Source: a virus
Lineage: Duplodnaviria > Heunggongvirae > Uroviricota > Caudoviricetes
Virus record (IMG/VR): IMGVR_UViG_2721755658_000001
Length of the DNA stretch: 49,030 nucleotides
Direction: 5' to 3' (one strand)
The translations under genes and the position numbers were made by a program. The notes under the pieces were generated by a model, which did no database searches, had not been told where the DNA came from, and saw only the letters and a list, made by a program, of their open reading frames with translations. This document shows, piece by piece, positions 29,645 to 41,135 of this stretch. Numbering within the stretch: position 1 is the stretch's first letter; every line of letters begins with the position of its first letter.

Positions 29645-30223
29645 ATGAAGGGGCTTGAGAATGCCATCCGCAATCTGAACAGCCTTGATACCCGTATGGT
29701 GCCACAGGCCAGCGCATGGGCGATAAACCGTGTGGCACAGAAAGCGGTCTCGGTTGCCACCCGGCAGGTTGCCGGGAATACCGTTGCGGGAGATAACCAG
29801 GTGAAAGGGATCCCCCTGAAACTGGTACGTCAGCGTGTCCGGGTGTTTAAAGCCAGTCCGTCAGGAAAAATGACGGCCAGGATCCGCGTTAACCGGGGCA
29901 ATCTGCCCGCCATTAAGCTGGGGACAGCCCGGGTCAGACTGGCCCGGCGTGGTGGAAAACTGCAGTACCGTGGCAGTGTGCTGAAGGTGGGTAAATATCT
30001 TTTCCGGGATGCGTTTATTCAGCAACTGGCGAATGGTCGCTGGCATGTGATGCGACGTATTGATGGCAAAAATCGTTACCCCATTGATGTGGTGAAAATC
30101 CCGCTGTCCGGACCGCTGACACAGGCATTTGAAGATGCCCGCGACCACATCATTGCTGCGGAAATGCCGAAACAGCTGGGGTATGCACTGAAACAACAAC
30201 TGAGGTTATGGCTGACCCGATGA
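29645..30223 (+). CDS. Minor tail protein Z-like (192 aa)
   Basis: Size and position as lambda gpZ; SD AGAGG. Confidence 0.65.
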   Translation: MKGLENAIRNLNSLDTRMVPQASAWAINRVAQKAVSVATRQVAGNTVAGDNQVKGIPLKLVRQRVRVFKASPSGKMTARIRVNRGNLPAIKLGTARVRLARRGGKLQYRGSVLKVGKYLFRDAFIQQLANGRWHVMRRIDGKNRYPIDVVKIPLSGPLTQAFEDARDHIIAAEMPKQLGYALKQQLRLWLTR

Positions 30224-30621
30224 ACCGACATACACAAATCCGCCAGGCCGTACTGGCACGCCTTCGGGAACAGTGTGGAGACAGCGCCACGTTTTTTGAC
30301 GGGCTTTCGGCATTTATTGATGCGCAGGAACTGCCTGCCGTGGCGGTGTGGCTGAGTGATGCTCAGTACACCGGAAAAATGACGGATGAAGATGACTGGC
30401 AGGCTGTTCTGCATATTGCCGTCTTCATCCGGGCACAGGCACCGGATTCAGAGCTGGATATGTGGATGGAGAGCACCATTTTCCCTGCCCTGAATGATAT
30501 ACCGGCACTTTCCGGACTCATCGACACCCTGATCCCACTCGGTTTTAACTATCAACGTGATAATGAGATGGCCACCTGGGCGATGGCGGAAATCACGTAC
30601 CAGATCACGTACACGAATTAA
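30220..30621 (+). CDS. Tail terminator protein (lambda gpU-like)
   Basis: ..ATFFDG..PAVAVWL..EYTG..ELDMWMES..IPALS.. aligns with recalled lambda U; ATGA coupling. Confidence 0.85.
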   Translation: MNRHTQIRQAVLARLREQCGDSATFFDGLSAFIDAQELPAVAVWLSDAQYTGKMTDEDDWQAVLHIAVFIRAQAPDSELDMWMESTIFPALNDIPALSGLIDTLIPLGFNYQRDNEMATWAMAEITYQITYTN

Positions 30622-30631
30622 GGAGGTGGTA

Positions 30632-31375
30632 ATGACCACACCAAATCCACTGGCAAAGACGAAAGGTGCGGGGACGACGTTCTGGATGTATACCGGCAAC
30701 GGCGATGCGTTTGCGAACCCTTTGTCGGACACTGACTGGCTGCGTCTTGCGATGGTGAAGGATCTGCAACCTGGCGAAATGACCGCTGATGCAGAAGATG
30801 ACACTTATCTCGATGATGAAGATGCAGACTGGAAAACGACAACCCAGGGGCAGAAATCCGTTGGTGATACTTCGGCGACGCTGGCCTGGCGTCCGGGTGA
30901 CAGCGGGCAGAAAAAACTGGTTCAGTTGTTCGACTCCGGTGAAGTCTGCGCGTTTCGTATCAAATATCCCAACGGCACTGTTGATGTTTTCCGTGGCTGG
31001 CTGAGCTCACTGGGTAAAACCATTGCCTCAAAAGACGTGATGACCCGCACTGTGAAAATCAGCGGTGTGGGGCGTCCGTATCTGGCAGAGGAAGGCACTG
31101 AAACCGTGAGCGTTACCGGGCTGACAGTATCACCGGCGTCTGCCAGTGTAAAAGTGGGAGCAACCACCACGCTGACCTTTACAGTAAAACCTGACGGAGC
31201 CAGTGACAAAGCGATCAGTGTGCATTCGTCAGATCCACAGACTGCCACGGTTACCCTGAACGGACTTGTGGCCACGGTAAAAGGCGTGAAGCAGGGCAGT
31301 GTCAGCATTGTGGGCATGACCGCTGACGGGAATTTTGTGGCTGTGACTGCGGTGACTGTCAGCGCAGCAGGTTAA
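30632..31375 (+). CDS. Major tail protein (lambda gpV-like) with C-terminal Ig-like domain
   Basis: SD AGGAGG; C-terminal Big_2-like segment. Confidence 0.85.
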   Translation: MTTPNPLAKTKGAGTTFWMYTGNGDAFANPLSDTDWLRLAMVKDLQPGEMTADAEDDTYLDDEDADWKTTTQGQKSVGDTSATLAWRPGDSGQKKLVQLFDSGEVCAFRIKYPNGTVDVFRGWLSSLGKTIASKDVMTRTVKISGVGRPYLAEEGTETVSVTGLTVSPASASVKVGATTTLTFTVKPDGASDKAISVHSSDPQTATVTLNGLVATVKGVKQGSVSIVGMTADGNFVAVTAVTVSAAG

Positions 31376-31394
31376 CAGGACGATACTCATCATT

Positions 31395-31420
31395 TGCCCC
31401 GGTTATGCGGGGCTTTTTTG
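31395..31420 (+). terminator. Hairpin plus T-run after the major tail gene
   Basis: GCCCC-(loop)-GGGGC followed by T6. Confidence 0.5.
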
Positions 31421-31435
31421 CAGGTGGAGAACATG

Positions 31436-31822
31436 ATGTTTCTGAAACAGGACACGTTTAATTATGAAAAACAGTCCGTGGTGCTCAGTGAGCTGTCCGG
31501 GCTGCAGAGAATTGAATATCTGACGTTTGTTCAGCAGCGAACGGCAAAGTTTGATGCCGGGGAGGGAGAACTGCCGGAGGCTGAACGACAGATTGCTTTT
31601 CTGCGGATGGGGATGGATATCAATGCCTGGCTGGTTTCCCGCTCACTGTGGAATGCGGATCAGTCTAAGGATGTAGAGACGCTTTGCGCATCCGTTATTA
31701 CAACATGGTCGTATGATGCCCTGGGTGCGGGGGCGGAGATGGTTCTGTCGCTGAGCGGTATGGGGGCCATTGATAATGCCGTGGATGATGAGCATGAGGC
31801 GCTGACGCCGGAAAAGTCCTGA
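31436..31822 (+). CDS. Tail assembly chaperone (lambda gpG-like)
   Basis: MFLKQDTF.. resembles lambda G MFLKTESF.. Confidence 0.8.
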   Translation: MFLKQDTFNYEKQSVVLSELSGLQRIEYLTFVQQRTAKFDAGEGELPEAERQIAFLRMGMDINAWLVSRSLWNADQSKDVETLCASVITTWSYDALGAGAEMVLSLSGMGAIDNAVDDEHEALTPEKS

Positions 31823-31830
31823 CGCGGGAA

Positions 31831-32160
31831 ATGCAGTTTGTCATGCGGCTTGCCCGGGAGTTCCGGCGGGCAGACTGGCGGCGGATGCTGTCGGAAATGT
31901 CGGCCACTGAGCTTGGTGAGTGGGGCGATTATTTCCGGATGCAGAGCTTCAGTGATGTGTGGATGGATGCGCAGTTTGCCTCGCTGAAGGCATTGATCGT
32001 GAGAATGGTGTCCGGCAGCAGTGATGCTGCGGTGGCTGATTTCAGCCTTTTACCGGAAGAGAACGGGATACCGGAGCGAACGGACGAAGAACTGATGCAT
32101 CTTGGGGAAGGTATTTCCGGAGGTGTGCGTTATGGACCAGATAGCCAACCTGGTCATTGA
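31831..32160 (+). CDS. Tail assembly protein T-like (probably also made as a G-T frameshift fusion)
   Basis: ORF in the -1 frame relative to G, directly following it. Confidence 0.7.
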   Translation: MQFVMRLAREFRRADWRRMLSEMSATELGEWGDYFRMQSFSDVWMDAQFASLKALIVRMVSGSSDAAVADFSLLPEENGIPERTDEELMHLGEGISGGVRYGPDSQPGH

Positions 32161-35100
32161 TTTGGGGATTGATGCGGCAGAGTTTAAAAATGAAATTCCC
32201 CGTATCAAAAACCTTCTGAATGGTGCAGCCAGCGATGCAGAACGGTCTTCTGCCCGTATGCAGCGTTTTATGGAGCGTCAGACTCAGGCCGCCCGGCAGA
32301 CAACGCAGGCAGCTTCTTCGGCTGCAACAGCCGCATCCGTCCATGCGCAGACGGTGGAGAAGAACGCACAGGCTCATGAACGCATGGCCCGCGAGGTGGA
32401 GAAAACCCGCCAGCGCATGGAGGCACTGAGCCAGAAAATGCGCGAGGAACAGGCGCAGGCCATGGCTCTGGCGGAGGCTCAGGATAAAGCGGCTGCTGCG
32501 TTTTATCGTCAGATTGACAGTGTGAAACAGGCCAGTGCGGGGCTGCAGGAATTACAGCGTATTCAGCAGCAGATCCGACAGGCCAGAAACAGTGGCGGGA
32601 TTGGTCAGCAGGATTATCTGGCGCTGATTTCTGAGGTTACTGCGAAAACCCGTGTTCTTACACAGGCTGAGGAAGAGGCTACCCGACAGAAAGTGGCGTT
32701 TATCCGTCAGCTTAAAGAGCAGGCAACCCGCCTGAATCTTTCATCTTCTGAGTTGCTTCGTGCTAAGGCAGCCCAGCTGGGGGTAAGCAGTGCTGCAGAA
32801 GTGTATATCCGCAAAATGGAGCAGGCAGGAAAAGCCACGCATTCGCTGGGTCTGAAAAGTGCAGCAGCCCGCCAGGAGATAGGCGTTCTGATAGGTGAAC
32901 TGGCCCGCGGCAATTTAGGGGCGCTGAGGGGATCCGGGATAACGCTGGCTAACCGTGCCGGATGGATAGACACACTGATGTCACCGAAAGGCATGATGCT
33001 TGGCGGGGTTATTGGCGGTATTGCCGCGGCCGTCTATGGTCTGGGTAAAGCCTGGTATGACGGTCAGAAGGAGGGGGAAGAATTTAACCGCCAGTTGTCG
33101 CTGACGGGGCATTATGCCGGAGTCACTGCCGGGCAGCTGTGGACGCTCAGTCGTGCTATTTCCGGGAATGGTATCACGCAACATGCTGCAGCCGGTGCGC
33201 TGGCTCAGGTGGTGGGGAGTGGTGCATTTCGTGGAAACGATATCGGTATGGTGGCGAGAGCTGCCGCACAGATGGAGCGATCGGTTGGCCAGTCGGTCAG
33301 CGATACCATAAATCAGTTTAAGCGGCTGAAGGATGATCCTGTAAATGCCGCGAAGGCTCTGGACAATGAGCTGCATTTTCTTACTGCCACTCAGCTTGAG
33401 CAGATACGCGTCCTTGGGGAGCAGGGGCGGTCCAGTGATGCTGCACGGATAGCCATGTCTGCACTGGCAGAGGAAACCGGTCGGCGTACTGCGGATATTG
33501 ATAATAACCTCAATGCGCTTGGCAGTACGCTGAAGTATCTGTCTGATTTGTGGAGTCGTTTCTGGGATGCGGCCATGAATATTGGTCGTGAAGACTCGCT
33601 GGATGAACAGATTGCCGCTTTACAGGAGAAAGTGTCGCGGGCGAAAAGACTCCCCTGGACGGCATCATCTTCTCAGGTTGAATACGATCAGCAGCGTCTT
33701 AACGATCTTCAGGAGAAAAAACGCCAGAAGGATTTGCAGGATGCAAAAGAGCAGGCAGAGCGGAATTATCAGGAGCAACAGAAACGCCGTAATGCTGAAA
33801 ATGCTGCACTGAACCGGATGAATGAAACGGAAGCAGCACGACATCAGCGTGAAATTGCGCGTATTAATGCCATGCAGTACGCCGATCAGGCTGTCAGGGA
33901 TGCGGCGATACAACGTGAAAATGAACGTTACGAGAAAGCCCTGGCATCCGGTAAGAAAAAAACACGCGAAACCCGTAATGATGAGGCCACCCGGTTATTG
34001 CTGCAGTACAGTCAGCAACAGGCACAGGTGGAAGGACAGATTGCTGCTGCCAGACAGTCAGCAGGCATTGCCACGGAAAGGATGACAGAAGCGCATAAAC
34101 AGCTTCTGGCTCTGCAGCAGCGCATCAGCGACCTGGACGGGAAAAAACTGACGGCAGATGAAAAGAGTGTGCTGGCCCGTAAAGATGAACTGATTCAGGC
34201 ACTGACGCTGCTGGATGTAAAACAGCAGGAGCTTCAGAAACAGACGGCACTCAACGAGCTGAAGAAAAAAACAATTCAGCTGACCAGTCAACTGGCTGAA
34301 GAAGAGCGCGCTCAGCGTCAGCAACATGACCTGGATATCGCCACGGTGGGTATGGGTGATCAGCAGCGACAGCGATATCAGGTACAACTGAGTCTTCGCC
34401 AGAAATACCAGCAACAGCTGGAGCAGTTGAGGCGGGATAGTGAGCAGAAAGGGACATATAACACGGATGACTACAGAAAGGCCGAGCAGGCGCTGACGGA
34501 GAGCCTGAACCGACAACTGAATGAGAATCGCCGTTACTGGCAACAGCTTGAAGTTGTGCAGGGTAACTGGAAAAACGGAGTCCTGCGTGCATTTCAGGAT
34601 TTTACCGTGGATGCAGATAATACGGCAGAAACAGCAGAACAGGTGTTCTCGTCAGCCTTCAGCAACATGGGAAATGGCCTGGCAACTTTTGTCACTACCG
34701 GCAAACTCAATTTCAAATCCTTCACCTCTTCTGTGCTGTCAGATATGGCGAAAATCCTGGCGCAGGCAACCATGATGAAATCGATAAAAGGGATTGGCAG
34801 TGTACTGGGATTTGATCTCAGCAGCCTTTCCCTGAATGCCAATGGGGGGATTTATCAGTCTGCTGATTTGAGTCGTTACAGTGGCACGGTGGTTAACCGT
34901 CCGACGTTTTTTGCTTTTGCAAAAGGCGCGGGTGTGATGGGGGAAGCGGGACCTGAAGCCATTCTGCCATTGCGTCGTGGTGCTGACGGTAAGCTGGGGG
35001 TTGTGGCGGATATTGGGGGTTCAGGTATGGCGATGTTTTCCCCGCAGTACAACATCGAGATCAATAACGATGGCACGAACGGGCAGATAGGTCCGGCTGC

Positions 35101-35197
35101 CCTGAAGGCGGTTTATGACCTCGGGAAAAAAGCGGCAGCGGACTTTATGCAACAGCAGGCCCGTGATGGTGGTCGGTTAAGTGGAGCATATCGGTAA
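32132..35197 (+). CDS. Tail tape measure protein (lambda gpH-like)
   Basis: 1021 aa; C-terminus ..NNDGTNGQIGPAALKAVYD.. as in lambda H. Confidence 0.9.
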   Translation: MDQIANLVIDLGIDAAEFKNEIPRIKNLLNGAASDAERSSARMQRFMERQTQAARQTTQAASSAATAASVHAQTVEKNAQAHERMAREVEKTRQRMEALSQKMREEQAQAMALAEAQDKAAAAFYRQIDSVKQASAGLQELQRIQQQIRQARNSGGIGQQDYLALISEVTAKTRVLTQAEEEATRQKVAFIRQLKEQATRLNLSSSELLRAKAAQLGVSSAAEVYIRKMEQAGKATHSLGLKSAAARQEIGVLIGELARGNLGALRGSGITLANRAGWIDTLMSPKGMMLGGVIGGIAAAVYGLGKAWYDGQKEGEEFNRQLSLTGHYAGVTAGQLWTLSRAISGNGITQHAAAGALAQVVGSGAFRGNDIGMVARAAAQMERSVGQSVSDTINQFKRLKDDPVNAAKALDNELHFLTATQLEQIRVLGEQGRSSDAARIAMSALAEETGRRTADIDNNLNALGSTLKYLSDLWSRFWDAAMNIGREDSLDEQIAALQEKVSRAKRLPWTASSSQVEYDQQRLNDLQEKKRQKDLQDAKEQAERNYQEQQKRRNAENAALNRMNETEAARHQREIARINAMQYADQAVRDAAIQRENERYEKALASGKKKTRETRNDEATRLLLQYSQQQAQVEGQIAAARQSAGIATERMTEAHKQLLALQQRISDLDGKKLTADEKSVLARKDELIQALTLLDVKQQELQKQTALNELKKKTIQLTSQLAEEERAQRQQHDLDIATVGMGDQQRQRYQVQLSLRQKYQQQLEQLRRDSEQKGTYNTDDYRKAEQALTESLNRQLNENRRYWQQLEVVQGNWKNGVLRAFQDFTVDADNTAETAEQVFSSAFSNMGNGLATFVTTGKLNFKSFTSSVLSDMAKILAQATMMKSIKGIGSVLGFDLSSLSLNANGGIYQSADLSRYSGTVVNRPTFFAFAKGAGVMGEAGPEAILPLRRGADGKLGVVADIGGSGMAMFSPQYNIEINNDGTNGQIGPAALKAVYDLGKKAAADFMQQQARDGGRLSGAYR

Positions 35198-35526
35198 TGG
35201 AGACGTTTCACTGGAAAGTGCGCCCGGATATGAATGTGGTATCAGAGCCGAAAGTGGTGACAGTGAAGCTGGGCGATGGTTATGAACAGCGTCGTGCGGC
35301 GGGACTGAATAACCAGTTGTCGACTTACAGCGTGACGATACGTGTTCGTAAATGTGAACACCCATCTTTAAAAGCCTTTCTGGAACGGCACGGTGGCGTC
35401 CGTGCATTTCAGTGGACGCCACCTTATGACTGGAAACCGATCAGGGTGGTTTGTCGTAAATGGTCGGCAAGCGTGGGGGCGCTGTGGGTAACCATCACGG
35501 CAGATTTTGAACAGGTCGTGGCATAG
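35197..35526 (+). CDS. Minor tail protein M
   Basis: 109 aa, lambda gpM-like. Confidence 0.9.
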   Translation: METFHWKVRPDMNVVSEPKVVTVKLGDGYEQRRAAGLNNQLSTYSVTIRVRKCEHPSLKAFLERHGGVRAFQWTPPYDWKPIRVVCRKWSASVGALWVTITADFEQVVA

Positions 35527-35535
35527 GAGGCTCTG

Positions 35536-36234
35536 ATGCAGGATATTCCACAGGAAACACATCATGAGACGACACGCCTCACTCAGTCAGCCCAGGTGGT
35601 GCTCTGGGAAATCGATCTGACAGAGGTCGGTGGTGAACGTTATTTTTTCTGTAATGAGCAGAACGAAAAAGGTGAGCCGGTTATCTGGCAGGGGCGGCAG
35701 TATCAGGTATACCCCATTCAGGGGACGGGATTTGAACTGAACGGCAAGGGCAGTGCTGCCCGTCCGACACTGACGGTTTCTAACCTGCACGGCATGGTCA
35801 CCGGGATGGCGGAAGACCTGCAGAGTCTGGTCGGAGGAACGGTGGTCCGGCGTAAGGTTTACGCCCGTTTTCTGGATGCGGTGAACTTCGTCAACGGAAA
35901 CAGTGACGCCGATCCGGAGCAGGAGGTGATCAGCCGCTGGCGCATCGAGCAGTGCAGCGAACTGAGCGCGGTGAGTGCCTCTTTTGTACTGTCCACGCCG
36001 ACGGAAACGGACGGTGCCGTTTTTCCGGGACGTATCATGCTGGCCAACACCTGCACCTGGACCTATCGCGGTGATGAGTGCGGTTATCACGGTCCGGCGG
36101 TCGCGGATGAATATGATCAGCCGACGTCCGATATCACGAAGGATAAATGCAGCAAATGCCTGAGCGGCTGTAAGTTTCGCAATAACGTCGGCAACTTTGG
36201 CGGCTTCCTTTCCATTAACAAACTTTCGCAGTGA
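35536..36234 (+). CDS. Minor tail protein L
   Basis: 232 aa, lambda gpL-like with C-terminal cysteine cluster. Confidence 0.9.
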   Translation: MQDIPQETHHETTRLTQSAQVVLWEIDLTEVGGERYFFCNEQNEKGEPVIWQGRQYQVYPIQGTGFELNGKGSAARPTLTVSNLHGMVTGMAEDLQSLVGGTVVRRKVYARFLDAVNFVNGNSDADPEQEVISRWRIEQCSELSAVSASFVLSTPTETDGAVFPGRIMLANTCTWTYRGDECGYHGPAVADEYDQPTSDITKDKCSKCLSGCKFRNNVGNFGGFLSINKLSQ

Positions 36235-36983
36235 ATCCCATGACAGAGACAGAATCAGCGATTCTGGCGCACGCCCGGCGATGTGCGCCAGCGGAGTCGT
36301 GCGGCTTCGTGGTGAGAACACCGGAGGGGGAAAGATATTTTCCCTGCGTGAATATCTCCGGTGAGCCGGAGGAGTATTTCCGGATGTCGCCGGAGGACTG
36401 GCTGCGGGCAGAGATGCAGGGTGAGATTGTGGCGCTGGTCCACAGCCACCCCGGTGGTCTGCCCTGGCTGAGTGAGACCGACCGGCGGCTGCAGGTGCAG
36501 AGTGATTTGCCGTGGTGGCTGGTTTGCCGGGGGGCGATTCACAAGTTCCGCTGTGTGCCACATCTTTCCGGGCGGCGCTTTGAGCACGGGGTGACGGACT
36601 GTTACACGCTGTTCCGGGATGCTTACCATCTGGCGGGGATTGAGATGCCGGATTTTCATCGCGAGGATGACTGGTGGCGTAACGGTCAGAATCTCTATCT
36701 GGATAATCTGGAGGCCACAGGGCTGTATCAGGTGCCGTTGTCAGCGGCGCAGCCGGGCGATGTGCTGCTGTGCTGTTTTGGTTCATCGGTGCCGAATCAT
36801 GCCGCCATTTACTGTGGTGACAGCGAGCTGCTGCACCATATTCCTGAACAACTGAGCAAACGAGAGAGGTATACCGACAAATGGCAGCGACGCACACACT
36901 CCCTCTGGCGTCACCGGGCATGGCACGCATCTGCCTTTACGGGGATTTACAACGATTTGGCCGCCGCATCGACCTTCGAGTGA
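36231..36983 (+). CDS. Tail assembly protein K (NlpC/P60 and JAB-like)
   Basis: 250 aa, lambda gpK-like. Confidence 0.9.
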   Translation: MNPMTETESAILAHARRCAPAESCGFVVRTPEGERYFPCVNISGEPEEYFRMSPEDWLRAEMQGEIVALVHSHPGGLPWLSETDRRLQVQSDLPWWLVCRGAIHKFRCVPHLSGRRFEHGVTDCYTLFRDAYHLAGIEMPDFHREDDWWRNGQNLYLDNLEATGLYQVPLSAAQPGDVLLCCFGSSVPNHAAIYCGDSELLHHIPEQLSKRERYTDKWQRRTHSLWRHRAWHASAFTGIYNDLAAASTFE

Positions 36984-37528
36984 AAACGGGGTCCGAAGCC
37001 ATCCGGGCGCTGGCCATGCAGATCCCGGCGTTTCGTCAGAAACTGAGCGACGGCTGGTACCAGGTACGCATTGCCGGGCGTGATGCAGGTGAAACCGAAT
37101 TGTCTGCCCGTCTTAATGAGCCGCTGGCAAATGGTGCCGTGATCCACATCGTGCCGCGTCTGGCGGGAGCTAAAAGTGGCGGTGTGTTTCAGGTGGTGCT
37201 GGGGGCGGCGCTGATTGCGGTGGCATGGTGGAACCCTGTGGGCTGGCTGGGTGCCGCGGCTGTATCGGGCATGTATGCGGCAGGGGCCAGTATGATCCTG
37301 GGCGGAGTGGCGCAGATGCTGGCACCGAAAGCCAGGACGCCCACGGCAGCAAGTACAGATAACGGCAAACAGAACACCTATTTCTCCTCACTGGATAACA
37401 TGGTTGCCCAGGGCAATGTTCTGCCCGTTCTGTACGGTGAAATGCGCGTGGGGTCGCGGGTGGTCTCTCAGGAGATCAGCACGGCAGACGAAGGGGATGG
37501 TGGTCAGGTTGTGGTGATTGGTCGCTGA
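36881..37528 (+). CDS. Tail assembly protein I
   Basis: Begins MAATHTLPLASPGMARICLYGDLQRFGRR as lambda gpI. Confidence 0.9.
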   Translation: MAATHTLPLASPGMARICLYGDLQRFGRRIDLRVKTGSEAIRALAMQIPAFRQKLSDGWYQVRIAGRDAGETELSARLNEPLANGAVIHIVPRLAGAKSGGVFQVVLGAALIAVAWWNPVGWLGAAAVSGMYAAGASMILGGVAQMLAPKARTPTAASTDNGKQNTYFSSLDNMVAQGNVLPVLYGEMRVGSRVVSQEISTADEGDGGQVVVIGR

Positions 37529-37588
37529 TGAAAAACGTTTTATGTGAAACCGCCTCCGGGCGGTTTTGTCGTTTATGGAGCGTTAGGA

Positions 37589-40500
37589 ATGGGTAAAGGC
37601 AGCAGTAAGGGGCATACTCCGCGCGAAGCGAAGGACAACCTGAAGTCCACGCAGTTGCTGAGTGTGATCGATGCCATCAGCGAAGGGCCGGTTGAAGGTC
37701 CGGTGGATGGATTAAAAAGCGTGCTGCTGAACAGTACGCCAGTGCTGGACACTGAGGGGAATACCAACATCTCCGGCGTCACGGTGGTGTTCCGGGCCGG
37801 TGAGCAGGAGCAAACACCGCCGGAGGGATTTGAATCCTCCGGCTCCGAGACGGTGCTGGGTACGGAAGTGAAATACGACACGCCGATCACCCGGACCATC
37901 ACGTCGGCAAACATTGACCGACTGCGTTTTACCTTCGGCGTGCAGGCACTGGTGGAAACCACCTCAAAGGGGGACAGGAATCCGTCGGAAGTCCGCCTGC
38001 TGGTTCAGATACAACGTAACGGTGGCTGGGTGACGGAAAAAGACATCACCATTAAAGGCAAAACCACCTCACAGTATCTGGCCTCGGTGGTGGTGGGTAA
38101 CCTGCCGCCGCGCCCGTTCAATATCCGGATGCGCAGGATGACGCCGGACAGCACCACAGACCAGCTGCAGAACAAAACGCTCTGGTCGTCATACACCGAA
38201 ATCATCGATGTGAAACAGTGCTACCCGAACACGGCACTGGTCGGCGTACAGGTGGATTCGGAGCAGTTCGGCAGCCAGCAGGTGAGCCGTAATTATCATC
38301 TTCGCGGGCGCATTCTGCAGGTGCCGTCGAACTATAACCCGCAGACGCGGCAATACAGCGGTATCTGGGACGGAACGTTAAAACCGGCATACAGCAACAA
38401 CATGGCCTGGTGTCTGTGGGATATGCTGACCCATCCGCGCTACGGCATGGGGAAACGTCTTGGTGCGGCGGATGTGGATAAATGGGCGCTGTATGTCATC
38501 GGCCAGAATTGCGACCAGTCGGTGCCGGACGGCTTTGGCGGCACGGAGCCGCGCATCACCTGTAACGCTTACCTGACCACACAGCGCAAGGCGTGGGATG
38601 TGCTCAGTGATTTCTGCTCGGCGATGCGCTGTATGCCGGTATGGAACGGGCAGACGCTGACGTTCGTGCAGGACCGACAGTCGGATAAGGTGTGGACCTA
38701 TAACCGCAGTAATGTGGTGATGCCGGATGATGGCGCGCCGTTCCGCTACAGCTTCAGCGCCCTGAAGGACCGCCATAATGCCGTTGAGGTGAACTGGATT
38801 GACCCGAACAACGGCTGGGAGACGGCGACAGAGCTTGTTGAAGATACGCAGGCCATTGCCCGTTACGGTCGTAATGTCACGAAGATGGATGCCTTTGGTT
38901 GTACCAGTCGGGGGCAGGCACACCGAGCCGGGCTGTGGCTGATTAAAACGGAACTGCTGGAAACGCAGACCGTGGATTTCAGCGTGGGCGCAGAAGGGCT
39001 TCGCCATGTGCCGGGCGATGTTATTGAAATCTGCGATGATGACTATGCCGGTATCAGCATCGGTGGTCGCGTGCTGGCGGTGAACAGCCAGACCCGGACG
39101 CTGACGCTCGACCGTGAAATCACGCTGCCATCCTCCGGCACCACGCTGATAAGCCTGGTTGACGGTGAGGGTAATCCGGTCAGCGTGGAGGTCCAGTCCG
39201 TCACCGACGGCGTGAAGGTGAAAGTGAGCCGTGTTCCTGACGGCGTTGCTGAATACAGCGTGTGGGGGCTGAAGTTGCCGACGCTGCGCCAGCGCCTGTT
39301 CCGCTGCGTGAGTATCTGTGAGAACGACGACGGCACGTATGCCATCACTGCCGTGCAGCATGTACCGGAGAAAGAGGCCATCGTGGATAACGGGGCGCAC
39401 TTTGACGACGACCAGAGCGGCACGGTGAACGGTGTCACGCCGCCAGCGGTGCAGCACCTGACCGCAGAAGTCACTGCAGACAGCGGGGAATACCAGGTGC
39501 TGGCCCGCTGGGACACGCCGAAGGTGGTGAAGGGCGTGAGCTTCCTGCTTCGCCTGACCGTGGCAGCGGATGACGGCAGTGAGCGGCTGGTCAGCACGGC
39601 CCGGACGACGGAAACCACTTACCGCTTCACACAACTGGCTCTGGGGAACTACAGGCTGACAGTCCGGGCGGTAAATGCGTGGGGGCAGCAGGGCGATCCG
39701 GCGTCGGTATCGTTCCGGATTGCCGCACCGGCAGCGCCGTCGCGGATTGAGCTGACGCCGGGCTATTTTCAGATAACCGCCACGCCGCATCTTGCGGTTT
39801 ATGATCCGACGGTACAGTTTGAGTTCTGGTTCTCGGAAAAGCGGATTGCGGATATCAGGCAGGTTGAAACCACAGCACGCTATCTTGGCACGGCGCTGTA
39901 CTGGATAGCCGCCAGTATCAATATCAGGCCGGGCCATAATTATTATTTTTACGTTCGCAGTGTGAACACCGTTGGCAAATCGGCATTCGTGGAGGCTGTT
40001 GGTCAGCCGAGTGATGACGCATCCGGCTATCTGGATTTTTTCAAAGGCGAGATAGGGAAAACCCATCTGGCTCAGGAGCTGTGGACGCAGATTGATAACG
40101 GTCAGCTTGCGCCTGACCTGGCTGAAATCAGGACATCCATTACGGATGTCAGCAATGAAATCACACAGACCGTCAATAAGAAACTGGAAGACCAGAGTGC
40201 AGCGATCCAGCAGATACAGAAGGTTCAGGTTGATACAAATAATAATCTGAACAGCATGTGGGCTGTGAAGCTGCAGCAGATGCAGGACGGACGCCTTTAT
40301 ATTGCGGGTATCGGTGCCGGTATTGAGAACACCCCCGACGGCATGCAGAGTCAGGTGCTGCTGGCGGCAGACAGGATTGCGATGATTAATCCTGCAAATG
40401 GCAACACAAAACCGATGTTTGTTGGTCAGGGTGATCAGATATTCATGAATGAAGTGTTCCTGAAATATCTGACGGCTCCCACCATTACCAGCGGCGGTAA

Positions 40501-41068
40501 TCCTCCTGCATTTTCCCTGACACCGGACGGAAAGCTGACCGCTAAAAATGCAGATATCAGTGGCAGTGTGAATGCGAACGCCGGGACGCTCAACAACGTT
40601 ACGATAAATGAAAACTGTCAGATTAAAGGGAAACTGTCAGCCAACCAGATTGAAGGCGATATTGTCAAAACAGTGGGTAAGGCTTTCCCGCGGGACTCCC
40701 GGGCACCGGAGCGGTGGCCATCAGGGACCATTACCGTCAGGATTTATGACGATCAGCCGTTTGACCGGCAGATTGTTATTCCGGCGGTGGCATTCAGCGG
40801 TGCTAAACATGAGAGAGAGCATACTGATATTTACTCCTCATGCCGCCTGATAGTGAAGAAAAATGGTGCTGAAATTTATAACCGTACCGCGCTGGATAAT
40901 ACGCTGATTTACAGTGGTGTTATTGATATGCCAGCTGGTCACGGCCACATGACGCTGGAGTTTTCGGTGTCAGCATGGCTGGTAAATGACTGGTATCCCA
41001 CAGCAAGTATCAGCGATTTGCTGGTTGTGGTGATGAAGAAAGCCACCGCAGGCATCAGTATCAGCTGA
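37589..41068 (+). CDS. Tail tip host-specificity protein J
   Basis: 1159 aa beginning [20 protein letters not shown] as lambda J; preceded by conserved hairpin GAAACCGCCTCCGGGCGGTTT. Confidence 0.95.
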   Translation: MGKGSSKGHTPREAKDNLKSTQLLSVIDAISEGPVEGPVDGLKSVLLNSTPVLDTEGNTNISGVTVVFRAGEQEQTPPEGFESSGSETVLGTEVKYDTPITRTITSANIDRLRFTFGVQALVETTSKGDRNPSEVRLLVQIQRNGGWVTEKDITIKGKTTSQYLASVVVGNLPPRPFNIRMRRMTPDSTTDQLQNKTLWSSYTEIIDVKQCYPNTALVGVQVDSEQFGSQQVSRNYHLRGRILQVPSNYNPQTRQYSGIWDGTLKPAYSNNMAWCLWDMLTHPRYGMGKRLGAADVDKWALYVIGQNCDQSVPDGFGGTEPRITCNAYLTTQRKAWDVLSDFCSAMRCMPVWNGQTLTFVQDRQSDKVWTYNRSNVVMPDDGAPFRYSFSALKDRHNAVEVNWIDPNNGWETATELVEDTQAIARYGRNVTKMDAFGCTSRGQAHRAGLWLIKTELLETQTVDFSVGAEGLRHVPGDVIEICDDDYAGISIGGRVLAVNSQTRTLTLDREITLPSSGTTLISLVDGEGNPVSVEVQSVTDGVKVKVSRVPDGVAEYSVWGLKLPTLRQRLFRCVSICENDDGTYAITAVQHVPEKEAIVDNGAHFDDDQSGTVNGVTPPAVQHLTAEVTADSGEYQVLARWDTPKVVKGVSFLLRLTVAADDGSERLVSTARTTETTYRFTQLALGNYRLTVRAVNAWGQQGDPASVSFRIAAPAAPSRIELTPGYFQITATPHLAVYDPTVQFEFWFSEKRIADIRQVETTARYLGTALYWIAASINIRPGHNYYFYVRSVNTVGKSAFVEAVGQPSDDASGYLDFFKGEIGKTHLAQELWTQIDNGQLAPDLAEIRTSITDVSNEITQTVNKKLEDQSAAIQQIQKVQVDTNNNLNSMWAVKLQQMQDGRLYIAGIGAGIENTPDGMQSQVLLAADRIAMINPANGNTKPMFVGQGDQIFMNEVFLKYLTAPTITSGGNPPAFSLTPDGKLTAKNADISGSVNANAGTLNNVTINENCQIKGKLSANQIEGDIVKTVGKAFPRDSRAPERWPSGTITVRIYDDQPFDRQIVIPAVAFSGAKHEREHTDIYSSCRLIVKKNGAEIYNRTALDNTLIYSGVIDMPAGHGHMTLEFSVSAWLVNDWYPTASISDLLVVVMKKATAGISIS

Positions 41069-41135
41069 ATTTTATAACCCATATACGGGCGCCAGAAATG
41101 GCGCCTTTTTTATTGCAGAAAAGCGAGAGGTAATT

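Noticed and set aside
35587-36930. 447-aa minus-strand ORF overlapping tail genes L and K
   Set aside because: Antisense to well-supported lambda L/K homologues; low-complexity Ala/Pro/Arg-rich translation
38378-40066. 562-aa minus-strand ORF (and 39043..39618) inside the J gene
   Set aside because: Antisense to a securely identified lambda J homologue; Arg/Pro-rich composition typical of spurious frames in GC-rich coding DNA
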